In this document: piece by piece, positions 1-8,400 of the stretch
How positions within the stretch are numbered: position 1 is the stretch's first letter
Layout: every line of letters begins with the position of its first letter
DNA from: a virus
Taxonomy: Duplodnaviria; Caudoviricetes
Direction: 5' to 3' (one strand)
Length of the DNA stretch: 37,406 bases
IMG/VR virus record: IMGVR_UViG_3300035102_000132
Span: 1-37,406 of that record
Position numbers and translations under genes: made by a program
The notes under the pieces: generated by a model
Told to the model about the DNA's origin: nothing
Databases searched by the model: none
Seen by the model: only the letters and a program-made list of their open reading frames with translations

Positions 1-238
1 TAAAATAAGAACGCCCTGCGTCGTTCTCGCTTTGCTCAAACTATGCAGGGCATTCTGCATAGCTCAGCCAAGCCCCTGGCCAGGCTGAGCGACGCAGAAT
101 GGAGGCGGCGGCAATCAAACAAGCCTCCACAAGCCGCTGATAATGGCAACCCGTTGCCAAGGAATCGAACGAATTACCACAAAAAGTTACCACAAATAAC
201 AATTTGTATAATAACAAACTTCATCGTTCCTTAATGGA

Positions 239-247
239 ATTATACCA
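239..247 (-). promoter_or_regulatory. Possible extended -10 promoter (TGG-TATAAT) pointing toward the structured region at 1-165
   Basis: - strand reads ATATGGTATAAT (TGn + TATAAT); the -35 region is poor. Confidence 0.35.
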
Positions 248-289
248 TATCAAATTAACGAAATAAAAGAAGCCCATAGAGTTATCGGT

Positions 290-694
290 TTACAAAACTA
301 TCAATTCTGCTCGACCATCTACAAGCCTTACCAAGCGATTCATTGCAATTCTACTGCTTACAACTTCCGGCAATCCATCACCGTCTATATCAGCAAAATC
401 AAGCCCAACGAGAATACAGCCGTCAGTGTCTTTGGGCCAGTTGCCGACATGAAACAAAATCCAACTTCGCGCAGGAACGTCTAAAACGTGAAAATGATTC
501 CGGAATTTTACAGAATACCTGGGAACAACATTATAAAAAGCGCTTGGAATACAGCTTATATTTCGTTGGTTGTTTCTCCAGGGCAATTCCAAGGTGGCAA
601 AAGTTCCCACAATGTCATTGTCTTTGAAAACAATTAGCCGCCCTAAAGTGCGGTCTTCAAGTTTGGTAAGCCGGTGCAGCGCAAGTCTTAACAT
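290..694 (-). CDS. DUF5675-family protein, putative endolysin (L,D-transpeptidase-like)
   Basis: TLGRL...TLELPWRNNQRNISCIP and ILFHVGNWPKDTDGCILVG motifs typical of DUF5675; HxGN...GC catalytic-like motif; last gene of the late operon. Confidence 0.8.
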   Translation of the reverse strand: MLRLALHRLTKLEDRTLGRLIVFKDNDIVGTFATLELPWRNNQRNISCIPSAFYNVVPRYSVKFRNHFHVLDVPARSWILFHVGNWPKDTDGCILVGLDFADIDGDGLPEVVSSRIAMNRLVRLVDGRAELIVL

Positions 695-894
695 TAAAAG
701 ATACCTTGCGCCCTGAAATAGTAAGACAAAACTACGCCTAACAAACTACCAAGAGTTGAAAAGCAAACTCCGAGAAACGAAAATACCGCCACCCATATCC
801 TTGGATCGCGTTGTGTTATTTGAAGCTCTTTCACATCAGCCTCCAGATTTTTAATTTGAAATTCAAGTTTTCTATGATAAGGACATTCAGTCAC
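694..894 (-). CDS. Small membrane protein (coiled coil plus one TM helix), holin-like
   Basis: GTG start; hydrophobic C-terminal half (IWVAVFSFLGVCFSTLGSLLGVVLSYYF); stop overlaps the endolysin start (TAATG). Confidence 0.6.
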   Translation of the reverse strand: MTECPYHRKLEFQIKNLEADVKELQITQRDPRIWVAVFSFLGVCFSTLGSLLGVVLSYYFRAQGIF

Positions 895-912
895 GATTTA
901 CCCCCAGGTAAA

Positions 913-1413
913 TTAAAGCCTTAGTCTGATTTTGCGAATTCTATTGATTGCAGCGGCAAGAGTTGAGCCTATGCCTGCAATATCGCCCAGGTAAATCGGC
1001 TTGCCATTAATTGAGGCAATTTTAATGTCATCAACTTCCTTTCCCTCCTTGAGAATCTTTTCGACCTTCTCTTTTGCTTCATTTGAAACTTCCAGGGCTT
1101 CAGATACAGCACCAACTTTTTCTACAAGCTCAGGTTTAAAGGCTCCGTCTTGCATCTTGTCTTCAACTTTTAAAGTATTCACAGCTACATGCAATGCTTC
1201 GGCCCAAGTCTTACCGTCTCTTTTGGCTTTAATAAAAGCAAAAACCAATGACAAAGCAGAAATAAGCCAGGGCAATACCGTCATAACAATTTCAACCCAA
1301 CTAGAAGAATTACTTACAGCAACCTTAGCTTCGTCTGTTGCTGGTGCTCCGAGCACCACAGACTGAATCAAGACAAATGCAACCAAAAGAGTAATAGAAA
1401 TAATTTTTTTCAT
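913..1413 (-). CDS. Membrane protein with N-terminal signal peptide and a TM helix (lysis or assembly accessory)
   Basis: MKKIISITLLVAFVLIQSVVLGA signal-like segment; TM segment WVEIVMTVLPWLISALSLVFAFI; GGAGG RBS. Confidence 0.7.
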   Translation of the reverse strand: MKKIISITLLVAFVLIQSVVLGAPATDEAKVAVSNSSSWVEIVMTVLPWLISALSLVFAFIKAKRDGKTWAEALHVAVNTLKVEDKMQDGAFKPELVEKVGAVSEALEVSNEAKEKVEKILKEGKEVDDIKIASINGKPIYLGDIAGIGSTLAAAINRIRKIRLRL

Positions 1414-1430
1414 AAACTTAGCCTCCGTGC

Positions 1431-3863
1431 TTAGTTAAAATCTACCCAGGAGCCATTTGCATAGCCTCTGAATTTCTGGGTAGTTGTGTCATAATAAATG
1501 TCACCATCACTCGGTGAAGTAGGTGCAGAAGAACGGGCAACATTAATGCTGTCTGCTGTAACTTTGCCTGTTACATCCAGCGCTCCATTTACCTTTTCAT
1601 TCCCGCCAACTATGAGCATATAACCCTCTTCATAACCAGCGCTGCCGATAGTGACATAATCGCCATAAGTGCTTATGAGAGTGGCGGTTCCATTCCGGAT
1701 TTGGCAATACGAACTTGAATTGTTACCCAGGTAGATGCTGCCACCGCCTGATAAAGTTCCACCTGAATAAGTAATTCCAGAAGATGAATCAGAAGGCTTG
1801 GTTATAGAAGTAACATCCCCCGACAATTCACCACCTGAAGCAAACATTCTTCCCCAGGGCAACTTTGCAGAAGGGCTGTCTATCCAGACAGCTATCTGAG
1901 CATAACCAGGGCTATAAAAACCAGAATCAAGGTCTCTATCATGTGGAAAATCTGGATGTTTAAACCCAATAGGCAAAGTAGAGGAGCCTGTAGAGTCTGC
2001 TAAAATAGCTGGTGCGGTTGCGGCAGGCAAATCGGCTATTAAGTTTTCAACCTCAAGTCTTTCAATTGAAGCAGAAGCAACTACAGCCTCAGAAAAAGAA
2101 GCTGGTGGATATACCTCAAGCAATCCTGAACCAGCCGACAAAACTTTGGTGCCTTCTGCATGAAACTCGACCTTGCCACTATTAAAAGAAACTTTTGTTG
2201 TTTCATCTCCAGGCTGATAGAAATTTGCAGCGGTAAAATCATCAGCTTTAACCCCGCCATTAACGTAGAGCCTATAGCCTGCATCAGAAGATGTTCCAAG
2301 CAAGAAGTTTCCGCCGGGGGTCATTCTGAATCTTTCAATTCCTGTCCCATTCTGGATAATAAAAGCGTTCGGCTCATCGGTAGGAGCCAAAAGCCTGACA
2401 TAATGGTTTAATGGATTGCTTCCAGGCGCGTAAGGCGATAACCACAACTGAGCCGGGATTCCTGTTTCAGGAACAAGAACAATCCTATATTTTGTCATTT
2501 CCGGCGCATTAGTAGTGCCGTAGGCATCAGTTATGCCATAACCGGCAAGAGTAGTAGGAGTGTTTTCAAGATATGCAAATTGCTTATTCTGTATGCTGTA
2601 AAAGTTCCAGCTTGCGCTTGTAGGTTTGTTTGTGAGGCTTTGGTAATTTTTTTCGGACAATCCGGACAAAGTGTAACTGGCATTTGTCGGCTTCCCATTG
2701 AGACTTGAAAAGTCCTTTTCAGATAAGCCAGATAGGGTATAGCTTGCGTTAGTAGGCTTTTCATCAAGGCTTGAAAAGTTCTTTTCAGATAAACCCGACA
2801 AGGTATAACTGGCATTTGTCGGCGCTCCTGTAATATCGGCGTAATTAACTTCACCACTCGGAAGAATCTCAACGCCATTTACCGTAAGACTGGCCACGTT
2901 CATATAACCAGACGCATTTATGTTTGTGGTATCTATTCCACCATTAGCAAATAGGGTGCCTGTAACTAGCGCCCATTGCCCAATTGATATACCTTGATTT
3001 GTTGAAATATTTCCATCAGTAACGGTAATACCACCATCAGTTAGAAACAACTCTCTTGCATGAAGATCATAGTTTGTTGAAAGATTGCCAGGAATATAAA
3101 GATCGTCACCGGTAAAACTTAATTTATCTAACTTTTCAACTGAAAAAGTGCCAGTTATGCCATTAAAACCAATAGTAAGCGCAATATTTGCCCCGGTTTC
3201 ATCATAAAAGTAGGAAATTCCATCGATATTAATTGAAGATTTGGGGCATGTAAAAATATAAACAGTTTCAGTTGCCGCACCTGAATACCCTTCGGTATCA
3301 ATTATGAGGTTCGCTGCCGTCAAATTACCCAAAGCAAGTGCAGCTTCCGTTCCATAGTCGTCTCCAGCTTGTCCAATCCTGATGTTTCCGAGAACATTCT
3401 TGCTGCCGGTAAGCCTGAATATTTCAGCTGCCGCGCCTTCTGGAACCAACCGGCCCATTGAATCAATAAACAAACCATCTTTGTTATCAATATGAACCGA
3501 ACCACTAAGATTAAAAATGCCTTGAGGTATTCTTAAAACCGAACCATCAGCCAATTGAGCGCAAGCAGAAGCAAAAGCCGTATAGTCATCAATTCCGTCA
3601 TTAGGTATTGCGCCAAAATCTGTAACATCAATAACTTCTGAGTCACTTAGCCGGATCGCTTTTCTAAAAACTTCAGCGCCAGCAAGATCAATTGATTCTG
3701 TAGCATTGCTTAAGTCTCTCTTTAAGGCATCGGTTATGCCATAACCATCAAGACTATCAGGAGTGTCCTCAATCATAAACCAAGGAGGGCCGGTCATGGC
3801 AAAGCCGCTGGAATTGAATAAAACGAAAACAATCAAGAGAAAAACTAATCTGGTATAACGCAT
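1431..3863 (-). CDS. Tail fibre/tailspike-like protein with pectate-lyase-like beta-helix start, internal repeats and a signal peptide
   Basis: VIDVTDFGAIPNDGIDDYTAF (Pectate_lyase_3-like start); PTTLAGYGITDA fibre motif; ERFRMTPGGNFLLGT shaft motif; C-terminal PTSPSDGDIYYDTTTQKFRGY..W motif. Confidence 0.8.
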   Translation of the reverse strand: MRYTRLVFLLIVFVLFNSSGFAMTGPPWFMIEDTPDSLDGYGITDALKRDLSNATESIDLAGAEVFRKAIRLSDSEVIDVTDFGAIPNDGIDDYTAFASACAQLADGSVLRIPQGIFNLSGSVHIDNKDGLFIDSMGRLVPEGAAAEIFRLTGSKNVLGNIRIGQAGDDYGTEAALALGNLTAANLIIDTEGYSGAATETVYIFTCPKSSINIDGISYFYDETGANIALTIGFNGITGTFSVEKLDKLSFTGDDLYIPGNLSTNYDLHARELFLTDGGITVTDGNISTNQGISIGQWALVTGTLFANGGIDTTNINASGYMNVASLTVNGVEILPSGEVNYADITGAPTNASYTLSGLSEKNFSSLDEKPTNASYTLSGLSEKDFSSLNGKPTNASYTLSGLSEKNYQSLTNKPTSASWNFYSIQNKQFAYLENTPTTLAGYGITDAYGTTNAPEMTKYRIVLVPETGIPAQLWLSPYAPGSNPLNHYVRLLAPTDEPNAFIIQNGTGIERFRMTPGGNFLLGTSSDAGYRLYVNGGVKADDFTAANFYQPGDETTKVSFNSGKVEFHAEGTKVLSAGSGLLEVYPPASFSEAVVASASIERLEVENLIADLPAATAPAILADSTGSSTLPIGFKHPDFPHDRDLDSGFYSPGYAQIAVWIDSPSAKLPWGRMFASGGELSGDVTSITKPSDSSSGITYSGGTLSGGGSIYLGNNSSSYCQIRNGTATLISTYGDYVTIGSAGYEEGYMLIVGGNEKVNGALDVTGKVTADSINVARSSAPTSPSDGDIYYDTTTQKFRGYANGSWVDFN
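2600..2830 (-). repeat. About 3.5 tandem 66-bp (22-aa) repeats PTNASYTLSGLSEKxFSSLxxK
   Basis: Visible directly in the translation and the DNA (CTTGAAAAGT.CTTTTCAGATAA recurs at 66-bp spacing). Confidence 0.9.
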
Positions 3864-3865
3864 GA

Positions 3866-4909
3866 TTAATTTCTCCCCAGATATTCAATAATAAACGCCC
3901 TGGTTCCAAACAGATCATTTTTCAATTGAAAAGCATAAGCATCGGAATCGAAATAAACACAGAGTTTTCCTGCTTCATCTGTTGCAGCGCTGTTAGTTCC
4001 ATACTGCTTAGTTACAGTGTTGCTGCCATTCATAACCACATTTATTGCAGCATCAGTAGTGGTGCAAACAACTCTTAACTCACCACAGGGCATGTTCTGA
4101 CAACCAAGCAAATACATTAAATCGGTTTTTGCACCTGATGTAAGCTCAACCCTTAGAACCTTTCTCATACAATCACTACCTGGTGAAACTGTTTGCTCAC
4201 CGGTAACAGAAGCGCCATCACTATTAAGAGTTAAAGTCGGTGTTCCAGAAATTGTATCTCCAGTTCCTACCGGGTAAAACTCCATAGTATTCCTGCCCGT
4301 GCTACCAGTTGAAAACATTGTCTTGGTAGAAACATTGCCTATAAGCATATTATTCAAGGTATCGCGAAAGTAATTAGCCCCAATGCTTGAAGAAACAACT
4401 TCGGTAATACCATAGCCTGAAAGCGTGGTTGGCGTATTAGTAAGGCTTGAAAAGCTTTTTTCGCTTAAACCCGATAATGTAAAATCTGAATTAGTCGGTA
4501 AGTCTTCTGAGGTAATAGCATCGGTTATTCCATAACCGGACAAGGTGGTTGGTTTGTCGGTAAGGCTTGAAAAGCTTTTTTCGCTTAAACCAGATAAGGT
4601 AAAATCTGAATTAGTCGGTAAATCCTCTGAAGTAATAGCATCGGTTATTCCATAACCGGACAAGGTAGTCGGTTTGTCGGTAAGGCTTGAAAAGCTTTTT
4701 TCACCCAATCCCGCCAAAGTAAAGCTGGCATTATTAGGCAAGTCTGTATATTTGGCTGCATCCAAAATACCAAAACCGGCTAAATCTGTAGGAGTTTCCT
4801 CTACATCTTCCCAGGTTACTTTGCTTTTACTTTGAACAGCAGGCCCGTTTTGAGCAAAAGCCGTTGAAACAGAAAAGATCAGAATTAATGCTAATGCTTT
4901 ATATTTCAT
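3866..4909 (-). CDS. Second tail-fibre-like repeat protein with a signal peptide
   Basis: MKYKALALILIFSVSTAFA|QN (AFA cleavage motif); repeated PTTLSGYGITDA phage-fibre motif. Confidence 0.75.
   Translation of the reverse strand: MKYKALALILIFSVSTAFAQNGPAVQSKSKVTWEDVEETPTDLAGFGILDAAKYTDLPNNASFTLAGLGEKSFSSLTDKPTTLSGYGITDAITSEDLPTNSDFTLSGLSEKSFSSLTDKPTTLSGYGITDAITSEDLPTNSDFTLSGLSEKSFSSLTNTPTTLSGYGITEVVSSSIGANYFRDTLNNMLIGNVSTKTMFSTGSTGRNTMEFYPVGTGDTISGTPTLTLNSDGASVTGEQTVSPGSDCMRKVLRVELTSGAKTDLMYLLGCQNMPCGELRVVCTTTDAAINVVMNGSNTVTKQYGTNSAATDEAGKLCVYFDSDAYAFQLKNDLFGTRAFIIEYLGRN
4400..4745 (-). repeat. Three tandem 120-bp (40-aa) repeats LPTNSDFTLSGLSEKSFSSLTDKPTTLSGYGITDAITSED
   Basis: TAAGGCTTGAAAAGCTTTTTTC occurs at 4441, 4561 and 4681. 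Confidence 0.95.
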
Positions 4910-5325
4910 TCAGAGAACCCCCAAGCACCATCTAAAACAATTACTGTTGACGTTGCAGTTCCAAGAACAGCGCCTACAAAAGTTCCTGCATTTCCGCTCC
5001 AAATATATGGAGGCTCATCTTCTACAACAAGACGACCTACACGGCTTGAACCTGTGGCAATATTTTCATGGTGACCTATAACAAAAGAACCTGAAGCAGC
5101 TCTAAGTTCAAAACCTATGGTGCCATCTGGAAGATAATCAACCAGGTTTACAGGCGTAACATCGTCTATAGTAATTGTTGGTGTAGCAACCTTTTTAAAA
5201 CCAAAATTACACTGTATGGGATTCCCTGACTGAGTAGGCCAATGAGGTTGTTCGGCCTTTACTACACCAGCTAATAGAAAAAACAGCGCCGCAATCATGA
5301 CGGCGCAATAGATGAAACGCTTCAT
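4906..5325 (-). CDS. Beta-rich hypothetical protein with signal peptide; first gene of the fibre/lysis operon
   Basis: MKRFIYCAVMIAALFFLLAGVVKA|EQ; GGAGG RBS; ATGA overlap with the next gene. Confidence 0.75.
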   Translation of the reverse strand: MKRFIYCAVMIAALFFLLAGVVKAEQPHWPTQSGNPIQCNFGFKKVATPTITIDDVTPVNLVDYLPDGTIGFELRAASGSFVIGHHENIATGSSRVGRLVVEDEPPYIWSGNAGTFVGAVLGTATSTVIVLDGAWGFSE

Positions 5326-5373
5326 ATTCTGACCTCCGTGTCAATAAGTTTGAAGCCTCCGGCTTCTATTTAT

Positions 5374-5406
5374 ATTATATCATCTATTATCAGTTTATTG
5401 ATAATA
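5374..5406 (-). promoter_or_regulatory. Extended -10 promoter (TGA-TATAAT, 5382-5374) with adjacent palindromic operator TATTATCA-N6-TGATAATA (5385-5406)
   Basis: Seen in the sequence; the same palindrome occurs at 26608-26629. Confidence 0.65.
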
Positions 5407-8400
5407 ATTTTCTTTTAATTTCCGAACAGAAGCATTCAATTTTTTTTGTAAAATCAGTATTTTTTCCTTCTTTTTGTCTTCTTTTAGCTTACTTTTCTCT
5501 ATTTTCCCGATTTCTTTTCTTGCATGCTTAACTCTTTTGTATATCTTGTGCTTACTCTTCCAGTCCTTAAGCCTACTCAAGTCATTATTTCTTTTGGCTG
5601 CCTGAACTCTCTGCATAATATCAACGTTTTCTCGGAACTCATCATAAACGCCATAATCTCTTGTCTTTCCTGAGAAAACACGGGTTATAGGCATTTCAGA
5701 AGTTTCAAGAGGCTGGCCTTTATATATCTTTTCAGCTGTTTCTAATGATCTTCTGAGAAACTTGCCCGGGCCACCTGCATAGTATTCAAGCAAATATTGA
5801 ACATCTGCAGGTGATATATCTATTTCGCCAGATTCATACTTATTGCCACCGGTGAACCTGTTTAACCAACTAAATAAGTCCACAAGTGTTTTATTAGTTG
5901 TTTCCCAATATCTATGGCTTTCAGGCTCATCAACTCCAAAAGGATTTTTACCTGGCTTGATTTTTCTTCCAGTCCATTCAGAATTTGTATCGAGACTATA
6001 ATAAGACTTAGCTATAGTTGGAACCAAGGAAGCAAACAGGCCCCGGTTATCTCCGCCTATAGGATTAAAAGCATTTACAAAGGCGTTTGCAATGCTGCCG
6101 GCTCCCTGGCCTATTGTTTTGTTTCCGCTCATCATTTCAGAGCCAATTCGACCTACAGTAGGTAAAACATTATATCCGTAAGGCATCGGAAAGCTGAAGT
6201 ATTTACCCTTGGTGCCTGGTCTCATTAAAATAAAATGAGTGTCTTTAATATAATCATCGATTTTATTGTAATAGCTCTTTTCATCGTCATCGTCATAATC
6301 TGACAAAGCCTTGTTAAGCATATCCATCATAAAACCGAAAGTCATCATTGATGCTATTGCTGCTTTACCCTTGTTCGTTTGCCCCAACCTTTTGAGCGAT
6401 TTTATAACAACATAGTTGCCCTGAATGCCTGCATTTGAGAATAAGTAAGCAAGATTCAGCCATTTTCCGGCATCACCTTTTTTATTAAAATCAACTGTGA
6501 GGTTTCTTGCAAAATATGCAGCTTTTTGTTTTGATAATCCGGCTTCACGAGCAACTTTATAACCGGCAAATCTTGAGGCACTCTCGAAAATATCATTTGC
6601 AGAACTGATTAAATTCCCGATCTGTTTTGTAGCAGTCTTGGTTTTAAACCAGGCTGTGTTATTAATTCTTTCTGAAATTTCCTTTTCAAGCTTTGCGGCT
6701 CTATCTTCAAGCTGGAACATTTCTGAATAACCAGTTTTACCACCTTCTTCAAGGTATTCCTTATACAATCTTGTGTTGTCGTTTTTTACGCCTCTAACAT
6801 ATTGGAAACCTGTTTTTATTGCGCCAGGAACGCTTTTTGTTATTTTCGCTGCCATTTTCAAAGAGTCTGAACCTGAAGCATTAACAAAAGCAGTTTGAAC
6901 ATCTCTTGGTAAATTGCGGAACAAGAACTCAGGGCTAAATTGTGTGTGAATTAACCCCATGTAATTACGAAGTGAAAACGCCCATTTAAGCAATGTTCCG
7001 AACTCTTCATCAGGTTTTTTATGTTTAAAAGCACTCTTTAAGTCAGGATCATTGATAAAGATTCCAGTGTCTTGTCCGCCAAATTTTGCATGAACAACAT
7101 TTTCTCTGTCGGTAAACTGGTCTATCCGGTAATCAACTTCACCGGTATTTTCATTAAAAAACTGTTTTACTCGGCCTATATCCAGTTCGTAGACTTCCGG
7201 CAAAGGATTCAATAAAGCCATTCGAGCAAAAGCCTGATAAACTCTGTTATATTCACCACGGCCAAAAGTTACACCTATTGCTTGTTCAGAGTAGGCAAGA
7301 TGATGTTCTGCTTTTGAGACACGCCCTAAAGCTCGCCGATCTAATCGGTTGCCCCCGTCCGGAATGCTCTTTAAGGGAGTGTAATATTTATACTTGTTAT
7401 CAATTATTTCTTTGAGGTCTTTATCAAGCAAATCATATTTAACCTGCATATCAAGTAGTTTGCTGTGCATGTTCCAATACATTCGCCCGGCCTTCATAAG
7501 CTTTTCAAAGCCATGCTTTTTGCTTAACGCCTTTAAAGTCGCTTCTGCTTCTTGATCAGACATACCAGAACCCGCAATACCTTTTAAACGAAATTCAGGA
7601 TTAATGCTTTGTATATAAGCATTTCTCTCTGGCGCGTGCATGGCATAGACAAAGTCATTAAAATCATTATAGGTAATTCCATTTTCTGCCATGTAATCTT
7701 TCAAAGGTTCCAGATACTTCTTTTCAAAGGCTTTTTGTCGATTCTCAATCCTGCCTTTAACATTGGCAAACCTCTCGTAAGCGTTCTGCCAATCAGGGAG
7801 TTTTTTATTAGCCATAGCTTCAATTTCCCTCTGGAGTTTTTGAAGCGGTCTTTTCGAGTCAGCCCAAAACTTAATAAGCTTGTCTTTATAACTTTCCATC
7901 TTGGCGTTAAGGTCTTTTGGTTCTTTTTTCTCTTTTATAGCTTGCTGACTTTTCTCTTTTCTTCCCTGTTCACTGAGGAACCTGTCGGCCTTCTGTTGTT
8001 TTTTAAACTGCCTTTGCTTTTGTCTTTCTTCGCGTAATTGCTTTATCTTTTCTCGTTGCTGCTGCTTTCGCTGCCTAATAGACGCCTGCTGTTGGCTCCT
8101 TTTAAGGCTTTCAAAAATAGTTGATTTTATAGTTTTTCTGGCGGTGCCAATGGTTAAAAAATGCCGGTTTGTTCCAGCCCATTCCCAATGACCTTTAGGA
8201 TTTTTGGTTATCGTTGCAACTGTTTCAACACTTCCTCCAGGAATTAAAAGTTCTAATTCAGCTCTCTTATGATTTATCTTCTTCCATTGCAAATTTTTTG
8301 ATTGGATCAGGCGCGAAAACTTCGCTATTGCTTCTTTTTCTGAGCTTTCCAAGGGTTTGACTTTTTGGCCAGAAAGAGTATCATTTTTAGTAGAAGAGTC

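Noticed and set aside
174-224. 16-aa - strand mini-ORF MKFVIIQIVICGNFLW after the extended -10
   Set aside because: Too short to support; it could arise by chance in AT-rich DNA.
43-234. 63-aa + strand ORF
   Set aside because: No RBS or protein-like features; it runs through hairpin DNA.
5385-5406. Fur box
   Set aside because: The half-sites are in the opposite arrangement (ATTATCA-N6-TGATAAT) to the Fur 7-1-7 motif TGATAAT-N-ATTATCA.
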